This document shows, one piece after another, positions 26,120-40,029 of a stretch of DNA of 64,000 bases (position 1 is its first letter; every line of letters begins with the position of its first letter). Under the pieces are notes generated by a model. The model was not told the origin of the DNA. It saw only the letters and a list, made by a program, of their open reading frames with translations, and did no database searches. The DNA comes from Ophelia neglecta. Lineage: Eukaryota. Location of the stretch: positions 22,754,001 through 22,818,000 of the forward strand of contig OZ260666.1 in NCBI GenBank assembly GCA_965285935.1, in the 5' to 3' direction. A program made the position numbers and the translations under genes.

Positions 26120-27210
26120 ATGTCTATGGTCACACAGAGCTATCGGTGATAGATCGCTAGTTTTCTTAGCCAGATTAGGGCGGGAACCGATGCAAACCTA
26201 TTTACCACCGATATCACCTATTGGTCCCGTTGTTTTCAACCGTTCAAATGCGATTGGGTAAAGATGAGTTTCGTCGGGGAAAATCTACCGATTGGGATTT
26301 TTAAACGTGTTTAAAATTCTCGATCGGTGAAGATATCTTACAAATAACCGATTAACAACCTGTCTACAACCGATATCACTGATAAACCACCGATAAGCCA
26401 CCGATATGCCACCGATGAACTGATACTAACCCCCGATGAAAAAAGCTGAGAATAAAACTTGTTATAATTAAAATTAAAAAAAATGGTTTCACGATTCTGG
26501 GAGATAGGCGTTGCAATAGCTCGTCGAACTTTTCCGGAGTCATCTTCATATAGTTCTGGAAGGAGCTCACTGCTGATGCCATCCTCCTTTCGCTCTGCAT
26601 GAATGGTGTGGTACTGCCAAAACTGAAGTATTTTATCGTCGGTTAACCAAGGTCTGGTCAATCATCTGCTTTGCCTCCTACGGCGCCGCCTTTGCTCGCC
26701 TATGGGCTGCTGGGCTACCCGGATGGCATGTCTGACATTGAGAAGGCACTGCTGTTGCCAAACTGCTGGATTACCTTTCCATCCTCCATGATTTCAAGCG
26801 GCGAAATGTAAGATATTCACCAGTTTTCATCACATATACATGTTTTTTTATTAAATGAACCGACAACCACCTTAAGAGATATGGAAGCTCTTTATCGCCT
26901 ATCTATCCCCGGTCGGCCACCGATTACCACATATATCTCACCGACCACATAAGACGAAAAATGATTGGTGACTACTGACTTGCTCCCAAACACCGATCGA
27001 TCGCCGACGTACCCGATTTAACACCGACTTACAAGCGATGATAACCGGTCATACCAGCAATGATTTTGACCGATTGAACAATTATTCACCACCGATACCC
27101 AGTCACACTAAAAGCAAGAAATGAAATCACTTACGACAACCGATGAGAATGAAATATTATTAGGCCGATTGGGTGCCGATTTAAGCCCGACCGTCTGTGT
27201 GACTGGGGCA
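26120..27210 (-). mobile_element. Internally deleted PIF/Harbinger DNA transposon retaining the 5' part of its transposase
   Basis: Termini ggtcacacagag / gtctgtgtgactggggca|tta. Minus-strand frameshifted peptide RRRRRR..LTRPWL...QYHTIHAE..ED..SFQNYMKMTPEKFDELLQRLSPRI (about 26495-26700) matches the HARBI1-type N-terminus. Many subterminal accga/tcggt motifs. Confidence 0.75.
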
Positions 27211-29371
27211 TTAGGTAATTTATTTGAAATAGACATACAAGATATAGACATTGATCGCTTTCACCCTAATACATTTTGATTAAGTAGATCGACGAGTATA
27301 TTTGGTGTATATTTTTTACAAATATCGGCAAATCATCAGTTCATCTGAAGCAATACAACTAAAATTCCATTCCGTTTGCGCCTCCCCAAATCTTTATTGT
27401 TAGAGAATTTACTGCTACACTGGAAAGATATTGCCCCGCCGCTTTTGGCCGGTCTGAACTGCATGTGCTTAGTTACCTCTCCAGTATACTTAGAAGCAAA
27501 AGTTAATCAGATCACTGCAAAAATTTGAGCTTGAGCCTCATTATATTCATTAAATGTCCACTGAACACCTGGTACGAGTTAAGGCCAGGCACCACAGCCA
27601 AAATTGACATTTCCACATGTTTTAAATATCCAATACCATATTACACCATTATGGAGAACTCACATTTGTAATTTTAAAAAAATCGTTTTTTCGTTGCTAT
27701 GGCAACCGGTTACCAGCTGGGAAGGCAATATAATTGCTATTTTTTACCATTTTTGGGTGCATGTTTGAAAAAGACGAAAAATGGTTTTCCAGTTATGTTT
27801 TGTTTTTCTGGCCATTCAGGTTGAGTTTAAAAATTCTACGGAATAGAATTGGCAATTTCAAATTTTCAAGCATGATCTTGGCCGTTAAAAATTTTAATTT
27901 GTTAAAAATAGGCAAAATTGGCCAAAAAATGTCTTAAGAATGTTATATTTCAGGAACAAATTGTTTTTTAAAAAATCCATTCCGTAGAATTTTTACTTTT
28001 GCCACATATTACATTTCTGGAGAGTTTCATGGGTAAGCTCCCAGTGGTTTTTGAAAAATATGCACCAGAAGGAGGAAAAAGTGCTATTTGGAGAAAATCA
28101 AGGAAAACTGAGAAGGAGAGGCCAGGCTCAGCCCTACCGCAAGGCCAGGGTGCCATCCATCCAGGAATAATTGTTCTTTACCAATTCTGGTATAATTTCT
28201 GTGTCTGTGATCCGGTTCTGGTCATCCTTATATCAATTGATAGCTAAATCCGAGGGCTTCGGATTGCAAGGGTAACCTTCCAGAAAATTGTGGTTTCCAT
28301 GGAAACCAGGCTCTCTAAAACCCAAATTTTACCAGAAAAACATTAACACGAAATATTAATTCATCAAAAAATAAAGCAATCGGACAAAATATTAATTTAC
28401 TACACCCATTTCAGCCAACAGCAGGAATTTCTAGATTTAAATCGGCATCTAAGCTGGATTTAGAGCATCAGGGGGCCTTATTCTTGAGTAATGCGGCACT
28501 TGTCTGCTCAATTATTGAGCAACTTGGTAATATCATTGATTGTAATAAATGAATAAATTAAAATCTTATGACATTTCAAACAATAATGATAATGTTCTCC
28601 TTGATGTACTGATAGGATAATGAGATTCCAATTATGTCAGCATCAAGTCCAATGCAGACGGGGCAACTATCTACAATGAAAGTGCCATGTCTTTGATTGC
28701 TATGGTATTCGGACAAAGGATGTTATGCAGACCTGGTATCCAATATCGCCGAACACTAGGTGACCAGAAATGACCAGTGCCTATTTAAATATATGCCTTG
28801 GTTTGTCGCTGTCCAGGAATGGCGCTTGGAAAAATGCTATTAGCGACCCAAAGAAATATCACGCGGCTATGCCTTAGTAGAAGGCCAAATTTACCTGTCG
28901 CAGAAATGCGGAGATTTTTAAATAGCATTTCAATAATATCTTAACAGCGAAGTTGACCAGTGACAAAACAATGCAGATACTAGTAACAAGATGCATTTCT
29001 AAGATTGAACCTTTCTGTACACCGAGTAGGCCGACTGGGGCATTATTTAAAGGAACCCAGTAAGGTTATACAAATCTTAAAGTACAAGTAAAAACCCTAC
29101 TAAATTTGCCACTAAGCCGATCGTAGTACTATGGTTACATTCCATTTTAATACTCGTACTTATGTATGCTATCCTTTTAAGTAGCAACTGAGTTTTCCAA
29201 TTTGCTACAGAAAATCAATACATGTAACTGAAGAGGAAACTAGAGAGGGAGTGGAACAATCTAGTTTAGGAATTTAACATCAGAACAATCCGGTATTAAA
29301 GTTAAGAGGTTATAACTTCAAAAAGCCTAGTTTATGTTTATGACCTGTATTGTATGCCCCACGAAGCCGGC

Positions 29372-29620
29372 GGACTAGGAGCCCCCCAGAGTCAGGAACC
29401 CCGGACTGAGTGCCCCCCAAACTTGGAGCCCCCTCCCTCCCTACCCAGAGTTAGGGGCAGCAGACTGAGAGCCCCCGGGCTGGGACCCCCTAGAGTCAGG
29501 GACCCGACCTGAGAACCCACGGGCTGAGGATCTTTACATTTAGAGACCCCCACACTGAGGGATCCCAGAGTAAGAGCCCCAGTTACTTACAAGCCCCAAA
29601 CTGTCATATCCCCCATGTCC
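29372..29620. repeat. Degenerate GGACTGAG minisatellite remnant
   Basis: Scattered ggactgag/gagcccc units of the family found in the kelch introns. Confidence 0.6.
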
Positions 29621-29774
29621 CCCGAGTCAGTGATCAACGTAAGGCAAATATTAAATCTGCCATAGAGCTTATAATGGAATAAGCTCTCTCATAAAAGTGA
29701 GATTATGTATGGTACTGAAGTCTGGTTCGTAATCATGAAGAATAAAGTGTCGCCAATTTTGAAAAAAGAAGATT

Positions 29775-30315
29775 ATTTTGATTTCCCAGCACTTCTCATT
29801 CCATGGTAGCAATATTCCCAATTTCCCAGCATACGAGGTGTGTACGTCGAGACGTTTGGCCTCTGAAAAATAAGATGCGTCTTTGTGTGGTTTTAGCAAA
29901 AGACACACAGCCCTGGTGTCCTAATTACTTGACCCAGGGATCCATCAACATTAAGATATCATTAGGAATCACCAGCAGCAGGCCCATAAACATAAATCTC
30001 AAGCATACCAGCAGTAAATAAGCTTGGAATTCAATTTTAATAATTTTTGATTTTCCAACACTTCCCATTGCTTGGTAGCAATATTCCCAATTTCCCAGCA
30101 TACGAGGTGTGTACGTCGAGACGAGTGGTCTCTGTAATATCATGTGCGTCTTTGCGTGGTTTTAGCATAAGACAATTAGCTTTTGTGTTCTGATTACTTT
30201 ACCCAGGGATCCACCAACGTTAAGATATCATTAGGATTCACCAGCAGGAGGCCCATAAACACAAATCTCAAGCATACCAGCAGTAAATAAGCTTGGAATA
30301 CAATTTTAATAATTA
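29775..30315. repeat. Tandem duplication of a ~269-bp segment (2 copies)
   Basis: aatattcccaatttcccagcatacgagg at 29811 and 30080; both copies end aagcataccagcagtaaataagcttggaat. Confidence 0.9.
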
Positions 30316-30939
30316 ATTAATATTTATATCACTTGCAATGGATAGCAGTGAACAGTTTTGATGCATGGTGCGAACCACCACCTGCAGAAACACTATTGAC
30401 GAACGACCAGCAAATAGCTGGTTTAAAACACATGTTATATCAGGTCAGCTTTTTTTTTGCCAAGTTAGATAAACTACTAAATACTTTAATAGAATATATC
30501 ATAGTCGCACAGGTGCTGGCATGAAGTGCTGTAAATTACCTTTATATATAAACAAGCTCAATTGGGAATAATCAAACAATATGACATACAAATTATAAAA
30601 TGTACTAAAATTAACAGATATTAGAGGATATTTCCCAGTGAGATTTGAATAACTACGATGCTGGCAAAATCCGCCAGGCTACAAAGTAATAAACTTTGTG
30701 GACTTTCTCGCGAAACATTCTTGAGGATTTTTTAAGAAACATAAACTTGTCAAATTTCCTCCAAGCTCCAAATAAATGTAAATTGCTAATTTTAGCGGAA
30801 TGATGACCGCGGATTTGGTAGAACTTACATATAGCAGGAGCTTTCATATCAACGTTGTTTTCATTTTACTATTCTTGAGCACAATCAGTTAGGCAAAGTA
30901 TGTAATGAAATACCACAGAAAAGGGCTACCCGTGGAAGT

Positions 30940-31280
30940 GTGATTAGTTCTAGTCCCTTGACTATTGTGTTCTGTAAGAGTTGAATATCTCTCGTCCGGG
31001 GCAGAAAGAACGCTATCCTTGAATTGAATTTAATGGTATGTGTGTTTACATGTGTTGCATGATCTTGTGACGGATGAATGTTCGCGTGCTTCACGCTTTT
31101 TATTTGAAACTTATATTGTGTAATGTGTTGTATGGGCGTCCTTAAAATAGGTCTATATTTTAACGGAAATAAATATTGTAATATGTTTTTCTGTGTGCAT
31201 GTGTGTAAATTCGACTACTGTATTTAAAAATGTAGATAATAAGTCAGTGATGACTTCAATAAATTGTTTAACCTTATTAA
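30940..31280 (+). mobile_element. 3' tail of the same LINE as 61490-62450
   Basis: Colinear with 62140-62450 (gttgaatatctctcgtc...gtgacggatgaatgtt...aataaattgttt). Confidence 0.6.
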
Positions 31281-32659
31281 TAAATGTAGAAATGTCAATG
31301 TTTCTCCAATTTCCTAGTATTGGTTGTTTTTTTGCACCACGGGGGTCTTTGAAACACCAACACTACACAAAATGAAACATACATGAAGCTGACAATGCAA
31401 ATACAGTTTTGCTGGTATAGAACTGCGAACTGGTATTTGTAAGCCTGAGCCAGACAGTACCAGGTGATTTTAGACATACCTACGTATCTCCTCTTCTTTT
31501 TAAAGCCAGTTTCCAGATAAAGGATTTTGTGTTATCGGCCGCATATACAAACCTGTTTAACCGCTTATTAATGATTGGCGGGAATGTACGTACTACTCCT
31601 AACTATGAAAGAACCGTTCAAATCAAGAAATGTAACTCGAATGCCGTTTTTTATGAGCTATTATCGATTCACTTAGTACCAGAATTAACAATATATTAAC
31701 ACACAGATTAAATGGTCTACTGCATTCAATTTACCAAGTCACATAAGTGGCAATACGTGTATGCTAAAGAAGTGACGGCGGTCACACACTTTGTGCATAT
31801 GGCACAAGAAATGTCATCAAACATAATCATAGAAAATGTTTAAATCTCCCAAAACGTGAACAATGTAAGTCGTGCAAAGTAAATACTAGTGGTTTTAATA
31901 CAACAGATTCAGAAGGTCTATTCATGTTGCGACACATGTATGCTAAAGAAGTATCGATGGTTACACACAAATGACGGTTTTTGAAAATTTAAATATCATT
32001 AACATTGAATGAATGAATCTGAATACTGTTATCATTACTAAATATGGTTATGATCCCCAATAGATAAAATCATATGTGCAGGGTCTTCTTTCAATGGGTA
32101 CATATTTTCGATAATAGCAAAACGTACTAAATAAATATCAAGCTTTAGTCATCCTATCTTATTAAATTAAGTATATGCCCAAGTGCAAGGTGTATGAATA
32201 AAAAACACCGATAATGAATGAATAAACACATGGATGAATGTAGTGTTTATATAACATATTACTACAAAAAAAATTACCATCGACTTGTGGATGATTGGAG
32301 ATTTAAGATTTAATAACCAGGTTTTAACATGTTCTTATCTTAGAATTAATCCTTAAACATAACGGGCATATAAACCACGTTTATTTACCGACGTAACCCC
32401 AAAACAATTCTCAACTCTTTTAGAACTCCACCCTGGATCTTCAAGAAAGACAACTACACCCTTTTGTGTCATTTGCGTTATCGGTATAAAAAATCATGAC
32501 AGTCTTCTGATAAATATAATTCAGCCTTATCTATTTTTTTCCGGCAGCACCAAATTGCTTGACGGTCGCATCAATAAAGGCATTTGTTTTTAGCTTAAAA
32601 GTTACTTCCTAGAACACAGTGACTTGGATATTTCAATGTTACAAATTGTACTTCAAACA

Positions 32660-34738
32660 TTAAATATATGCTGGGACCATTCTACTCATTTTATGCGGAA
32701 GCTTCAAATCACACATTTCCCACTCATCGGCCTTAATGTCATATCTTTGTATACAGTCTAGCTTGGTTTTGTCGTTTTGACTATAACCCCCGATGATATA
32801 AAACCAGTTATTAATCCTGACAGTGCAACCAAATTTGCAAGCCAACTTAGGAGGTGAGAGTTTCGTCCACTGATCTTGGATTATATCATAGCACTCTGCT
32901 GACATGACATCTTTCCATTTACCCTCTAAGAACACTCCTCCACCAACCACTATCAGCATACCCACCACACTAGTCATGGCATGGCACTGACGTACTTGTA
33001 ACATTGGAGACTTTTCAACCCAAACATTGTCACAGAAGCTAAACAATGTTTTAGTTTCACTTCCTCCACTGATGTACAGAACTCCGTCTTCATAAGACGC
33101 AGCATGCTTAACACGTGCTCTGGGCATTGGCACCATTCGAGCCCATTTCTTTTTTCTCACGTCATACTTCTCCACACAGACTAAATGGGTTTTGTCGACC
33201 GATCCACCAACAGCCAAAAGGGAATCATCAACTGTTGTCAAAGTGTGGTTGCGTCGTTTCTGTCGCATCTCTTCTAGTTCCAGCCATGTGTGTGAACGAG
33301 AGTCAAGCCGGAACATCGTATTTACACAGCCAGATTCGTTTTCACCACCAGAAACAAATATAAATCCTTCCATAGTAGCACAAGCACTGTTAAATAAGGC
33401 GAACGGGGTTTCACAAACATCAGTAAAAGGTGACAGGGATACGTTGCCTTTTAAATGGGTAACTTTTGACGCCACAACTTTTTTTATAGAATTATTAGAT
33501 GAATCATGTCCCCCCATGATGTAAATGGTTGAATTCTTCAGTCGTAGTTTGTTAATGTTTCCCTCTGCTACTCGTGGGTCATTTGGCCTTAAATGGTACC
33601 TCATGGCAGATACATATATATCATTACAACCTTGTAAAGCGTGCTCTGATATTACTTCTTCCATTTCTTCTTTCGTCATCAGACCAAATCTTATCAGACC
33701 GACTACTCTACGGTTTGTTTCAGCACTTGTATTGTTGTGTTTGATCCATTTCACCACCGTTTTGAAAATATCAATTTCTGATACTTTTCCTAAATAGTCA
33801 CTGTCCAGCATCAGGCAGAGTTCATCCTCAGAAATGTCCAGAGACAGATCCTTGAAGGCATGTAGACATAACTGGTTGAGATACGTCACAGACTCAGACG
33901 CAGCATACTGCTTGGCCCACTTCAAGGCGAGTGAAGTACCTTAGGCTGTAGGGGATGTTTTCACCAAACCTTCTACACAAGCTTTAATAAGGCCAACAAA
34001 ATTTATTTCCAGTGACAACTCTGTCAATGCTATGATGGATGTTTCAGTGGCTTCTTTTGGTATGATCAGTTTATCTCCTGGTTGCACAATATCTCGCATT
34101 GCAACGAAAGTATTTTTGTAATTTGTAATTTCACGTGTCTCTGCTAATATTACCTCAAGAAAGACATTCATTGCGTAACATATGTTATTGTCAGACAACG
34201 TCCCATGTTCTAGAATCTCCCCGATGAAGGCAGCGTCCAATCCTTTGATGATTGCTTCCTTGGGAACTTTAGTAATATTATCTAAAATCAGATTAGGCAC
34301 AAATTCCTTTGGTTGGACAGACCGAGGATGTATGAAAGCTGCTCGCAGGAAGTGACACCAAATATTTGCATTGGCATTTGTATTCAAGGCAAAGTTTAAA
34401 CACTCCTGCACTACGTCCAGGAACTCCAGACCCAGAGCAGCGTCGATGACATGTTCAAAGTTATCTTCAGAGATCGTAATCTCTCCAGAGTAACAATAAT
34501 CTACAATGAGCTGTAAACCTTTCCCCGACATGGTTTTGACGTTCAGTTGTTTCTTGTTCTGTTTCAAGAGACCAGAGACACGGTTGAACAGAGTCTGGTT
34601 ACAGGCAGCCATGTATGGTAGATGGACCCTGACCTCTCCATCCTTGGCACAGATAACTCCGTCCAGACCAATCTCCATCTCCTTCAGACGAGACATTCTC
34701 TCGTGGTACCCCAGGTAGTCTGTCGTCATTACCTTCAT
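32660..34738 (-). pseudogene. BTB-BACK-Kelch (KLHL-like) copy 1 with one in-frame stop at 33941-33943
   Basis: ORFs 33941-34738 and 32660-33925 are in the same frame and colinear with the 695-aa paralogues. ACA GCC TAA GGT here vs ACA GCT CAA GGT in copy 2. A 2-nt deletion at the extreme C-terminus gives AYI* instead of AYIYNV*. Confidence 0.85.
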
Positions 34739-34853
34739 TGTTATGATTTCCCTGCAAATATTAATTTGATCTATAGTGAGTTCATTTTTTCACATCACTA
34801 CGTTTTGCCGCCAATAGGAACCAATATGTGATTCTATCATTGGGTGTACTTTA

Positions 34854-35118
34854 CCATGTAAAAAATTACAGTTCGAAGACAACTCCCCACCTTTTGGCCA
34901 CGAGAGCTACATATTGTAGAGCTAAATTGGAGACAAATACGGCCTGTAGTAAAAGCCGAGCTATAATACGCGCCGTGTAAATAATAAAGGACTGGATTGT
35001 GAGATTAACAAAATCGGTCCATAATAAACGCTGTGTCTATAATAAAATCTGGTCTAAAATAAACGCTTTTAGCTCCCCTTAATTAACAAACGCCCGCCGA
35101 TTATTTAAGTCCATATGG
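34854..35118. mobile_element. Old Tigger/pogo-like MITE in the predicted intron 1, shared by copies 1-3 (also ~44920-45180 and ~54557-54825)
   Basis: taccatgta ... catatggta termini and internal aataaacgc repeats. Confidence 0.4.
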
Positions 35119-35134
35119 TACGTAAAGAATGAAC

Positions 35135-36825
35135 CCTGAAGACTGAGGGATCCCCAGGATGTGGAACCCCCCGATTGGAGAAACCCGAACTGACGGACGC
35201 GCAGACTGAAACTTACCAGGCTGAGAATCCCCGGACTGAGAACCCAGAATGAGTGTACCACGGACTGAGGGACCTTTGGGACAAACACCTCCGGGCTGAG
35301 AGTCCCGGACTGAGAACCCTCGGACTGAGAGCCCCTGTTCTGAAAACCTCCAGACTAGGAGTTCCTGGACTGAGAACCCTCTGACTGAGGGAGCCTCGGA
35401 CTGAAAACCCAAGGACTAAAAATACTGTGAATTAGAACCCTCGGTCTGAGGGTCCCCGGACTTGAAACCCCCGTTATTCAAGTCCTTGGACTGAGAAAGC
35501 CCGAAATGAGTTTTCCCCGGACTGATGGACACCCGGACTGAGAACCACCTGACTGAGAGACCCCTGAACTGAGGGACCACCGGACTGAAGGCGCCCGGAC
35601 TGAGAGACCCCCGGACTGAGGGACGCCCGGACTAAGAGACCACCGGATTGAAGGAGCCCGGACTGAGGGAACCCTGAACTGAGGAACCCCCGGACTGAGG
35701 GACCCCTGATTGAGAGAACCCTGAACTGAGGGACCACCGGAATGAAGGAGCCCAGACTGAGAGACCCCCTGATTGAGAGACCACTGAACTGAGGGACCAC
35801 CGGAATGAAGGCGCCCGGAGTGAGGGACCCCCGGACTGAGGAACCCCCGGACTGAGGGACCACCGAAATGAAGGCGCCTGGACTGAGAGACCCCCTGACT
35901 GAGAGACCCCTGAACTGAGGGACCACCGAAATGAAGGCGCCCGGAGTGAGGGACCCCGGGACTGAGGGACCACCGGAATGAAGGAGCCCGGACTGAGAGA
36001 CCCCCTGACTGAGAGACCCCTGAACTGAGGGACCACCGGAATGACAGAGCCCGGACTGAGGGACCTCCGGACTAATAACCACCGGAATGAGAGACCCCCG
36101 GAATGAGAGACCCCCGGACTGAAGGACCACCGGACTAATAATCACCGGACTGAGAGACCCCCGGACTGAGGGACCCCTTGGACTGAAAGACCTCCGAACT
36201 GAGAGACCACCGGACTGAGAACCACCGGACTGAGAGACCACCGGACTGAGAACCACCGGACTGAGAGACCACCGGACTGAGAACCACCGGACTGGGAGCA
36301 CCGGACTGAGGGACCCCCGGACTGAGAACCTCCGGACTGAGGGACCCCCGGACTGAGGGACCTCTTGGACTGAGAGACCTCCGGACTGAGGGACCCCCGG
36401 ACTGAGAGCCCTCCGGACTGAGGGACCACCGGACTAATAATCACCCGACTGAGGGACCCCCGGACTGAGGGACCCCTTGGACTGAGAGACCACCGGACTG
36501 AGAACCACCGGACTGAGAGACCACCGGACTGAGAACCACCGGACTGAGAGCACCGGACTGAGGGACCCCCGGACTGAGAACCTCCTGACTGAGGGACCCC
36601 CGGACTGAGGGACCTCCGGACTGAGAGACCTCCGGTCTGAGAGAGCACCGGACTAAGGGACTCCCGGACTAAGGGACCCCTGGACTGAGAGACCCCCGAA
36701 CTGAGACTCCCGGACTGAGGGACCCCTTGGACTGAGAGACTTTCGGACTGAGAGACTCCCGGACTGAGGGACCCCGGACTGAGGGACCCCGGACTGAAGG
36801 ATCCCGGACTGAGGGATCCTCGGGA
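35135..36825. repeat. GC-rich minisatellite of 15-17-bp units (GGACTGAG(A/G)GACC(A/C)CC)
   Basis: Visible directly; source of the S/P/G/V-rich spurious ORFs. Confidence 0.95.
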
Positions 36826-38019
36826 ACTTTTATTATTTAAGGAAGGTGGTGGGGGCTGGCGGGGGGAGCAAACGATGAGCTATAAAATTTTCCCGACGTG
36901 GTTGTATCAATTTTCTCGCATAAGTCATTGTTAACATATAGGCATTTGTTGCGGGGGGGGGGCGGCAAATGGAGACAGAATGGCCCAGAAGTTTACCTCC
37001 TTATGAGGCCTGATAGGGAAAATACTTTACTCCACATAGCAACTCGGCCGACCCCGCCGGACCCTCATCACCCCATCTAATATCTTCTCTCCCTGTTTCC
37101 GCCTCTTGTTTGAATGCATGTGCTTTCGTTTTCCCGAATCTCAAGACAGTGAAAACCTAGACTCGTGGAAAAGCCGAGGTCCTGCTCGGAATTCGACCTT
37201 TAGCCGTAACATTAAGCTGATAGCATGCACGTACGCCAGCCTTATAAGATAATTTATATTATTATATCGTCCTTTCAACCAAGGAATAAAACTTCTGCAT
37301 TTTTTCTACTACCGGTATTATTGAGTTGTTGAGAACCTGCATAGCGATGAGGAAGTTTGGGAAGCTCTTGTCTTAGACTTTAGTCTTAGAAAAGAAATAG
37401 TATAAAAGCCATTGATTTCTCTGATTTAAATAGGCTAGCAACTAAAGTCTACATATCGTTTTCTCTGTGTATGGCCAATGTGTTCAGAAGAAAAAGAGGT
37501 AGGCCTATATATATGAACGCATGGGGGTCAGTCACGTGGTTTTGAATTTCTATTATATTAAGATGATCCTAAAGTCTAGTAATGATGCTACCATGCTAGC
37601 TCATACAACCAGGTCAATGTCAGATGGTGTATATTTATGCACGGCAACCCTTACCCCCCCCCCTTCCCTACCTCCGCCCTACCTACCTTTCAGGTAATAT
37701 GTCTTATTCCATATCTTGTTCCATATCTCCCACGTTGTGACCTTAATAAACAATCATTGGAATATAGATCCCCCTTCCGGTGAATGGTAAGCCCATGATG
37801 CTAGAGAAATTACTTTTTAAAAATGAATCCCGCGCTCACGTACTTTGTAGTTTAGACCTTAATTGTAAATACTTGATATTGGGGAAGTGGGTTGGATTTC
37901 AAGGACCTACCATGCATCGAGAGTCATGCCCCCCTTCACTTCCTGTACTAAGAGCTCCGGGTTCAGAAGCTGAAAAGCGTCAGCCATCCAACCCTCCCAC
38001 TCCTACCCCCCCCCCCCCC

Positions 38020-38870
38020 CAGGACTAAGGACCCATGGACTGAGAGACACCCGGACTGAGAGCCCCCGGACTGAAAACCCAAGACTGATTGACCCCCGGA
38101 CTCAGAACCAGCGGGGACTGAGAGACCCCGGGGACTGAGAGACCCCCGGGGACTGAGAGACCCCCGGGGACTGAGAGACCCCCGGGGACTGAGAGACCCC
38201 CGGGGACTGAGAGACCCCCGGGGACTGAGAGACCCCCGGGGACTGAGAGACCCCGGGGACTGAGAGACCCCCGGGGACTGAGAGACCCCGGGGACTGAGA
38301 GACCCCCGGGGACTGAGACCCCCGGGGACTGAGAGACCCCGGGGACTGAGAGACCCCGGGGACTGAGAGACCCCCGGGGACTGAGAGACCCCCGGGGACT
38401 GAGAGACACCCGGGGACTGAGAGACACCCGGGAACTGAGAGACCCCCGGGGACTGAGAGACCCTCGGAGTGAGAGACCCTCGGAGTGAGAGACCCCCGGG
38501 GACTGAGAGACCCCAGGGGACTGAGAGACCCCCGGGGACTGAGAGACCATCCAGATTGAGAGCCCCCGGACTGAAAACCCCAGACTGATTGACCCCCGGA
38601 CTCAGAACCAGCGGGGACTGAGAGACCCCCGGGGACTGAGAGACCCCCGGGGACTGAGAGATCCCCGGGGACTGAGAGACCCCCGGGGACTCAGAGACCC
38701 CCGGGGACTTAGAGACCCCCGGGGACTCAGAGACCCCCGGGGACTCAGAGACCCCCGGGGACTCAGAGACCCCCGGGGACTCAGAGACCCCCGGGGACTG
38801 AGAGACCACCGGGGACAGAGAGACCCCTGGGGACTGAGAGACCCTCGGAGTGAGAGACCCCGGGAGTGAC
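38020..38870. repeat. 17-18-bp minisatellite (GGGGACTGAGAGACCCC(C))
   Basis: Visible directly; contains an internal duplication around gattgacccccggactcagaaccagc (about 38087 and 38587). Confidence 0.95.
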
Positions 38871-39356
38871 AGCTACATGTATTTATCTTGGACCTGTTGA
38901 CGTATACAATATATATATACTTGCAGTTGCCATTTGCAAAATGTCGATTTATTTGCTAGATATAAAGAAAATGAATTGCATAGACCGACTATATGAAAAT
39001 CTGTAATACTAACTGGAAACTTAAGAACTGTTCATTCGCTGACCCAGCGTCTACCAACTTAACCACCCACCCAAATAACATAGTGCCTTGACCATATTAG
39101 TCCATTTGATCGGTGATTTACAGGTTTGAAAGTCATAATTTTACAGTAACTTATTCATTATTGTCAATTCATATCAATGTGTATAGCTTCCTGAAAAGTT
39201 AATATGTCAGCTAGACTTAAAACAGGTGAATATCACCTGGGTTGATGACGTGTCCCGCTATAACATTGAGACATATAATATAGATCTTCTGGCTACAGTG
39301 TCTAATGGTAGGTTTATCACTCTGTGTAGTAATACAGCTAGTAAAATGGCACTTAC

Positions 39357-39580
39357 CAACTTTATGAAGAATTCCCTTCAACGAGGTAAGGAATGGCGAA
39401 ATTATATCGGAGAAACAAGCTATCCTCTCAAATGGGTTTGATGTGTTATCCTTGGTATGTCGTGATCTATAATCCGATAGTTGTAAGAAACGATGTACTT
39501 TATAACTGGGTGTCTGTCTTTGCTGGGCGGTAATAGGTGACACACTTCTGAGAAACGAGAAATAGGGAATTTCCATTACT
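39357..39580 (-). promoter_or_regulatory. Putative promoter and non-coding exon 1 of kelch copy 1: NF-kB site, IRF-like site, TATA box, donor
   Basis: GGGAATTTCC 39565-39574; GAAACGAGAAA 39552-39562; minus TATAAA 39499-39504; minus donor G|GTAAGT at 39356. Matching acceptor TTTGCAG (34752) lies 13 nt upstream of the ATG. Confidence 0.6.
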
Positions 39581-40029
39581 CATAAACTCGCCATGTTTAG
39601 CGGTGTAGAACTCGTTAAATGTATAAGCATGTAAACATGACAAATTGTGCTACGCTATAGCCGTCTGTTAGCTGCGGATCAATATTTAGTGAGACGGACT
39701 AAATGTACGCTGGCCTTCTTTATGTTAGAGTATCAAGTGACGAATAGCCACAGATTACTGAAAATATAGGAAAGTACTGAAAAATAGTCTAATACGTCGT
39801 GTAAATTTACAGTAATAAAATAATCATGTAAATGAAAATACTTGATTATCAGTAGCCTAGATTAGTGGGAATGTGCCGCGCTGAGGGGGGGCAGCAGATG
39901 GGGGGGCGAGTATTGACAAGGCAGGCGAAATTGAGGTCTGTGTGTTTCTCAGAATCTACTGGGATAAGATCACCATGTAGTCAAAGCGTCAACATCTAAG
40001 TATATGCTAAAGGACCAGACACCGGAAAT

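Noticed and set aside
33115-34831. Plus-strand ORFs recurring within each kelch copy
   Set aside because: Antisense shadows of the duplicated kelch CDS.
35474-38809. S/P/G/V-rich ORFs (also 45594-46454, 49364-49798, 55440-55954)
   Set aside because: Derived from GGACTGAG minisatellites; frames are not conserved between paralogous arrays.
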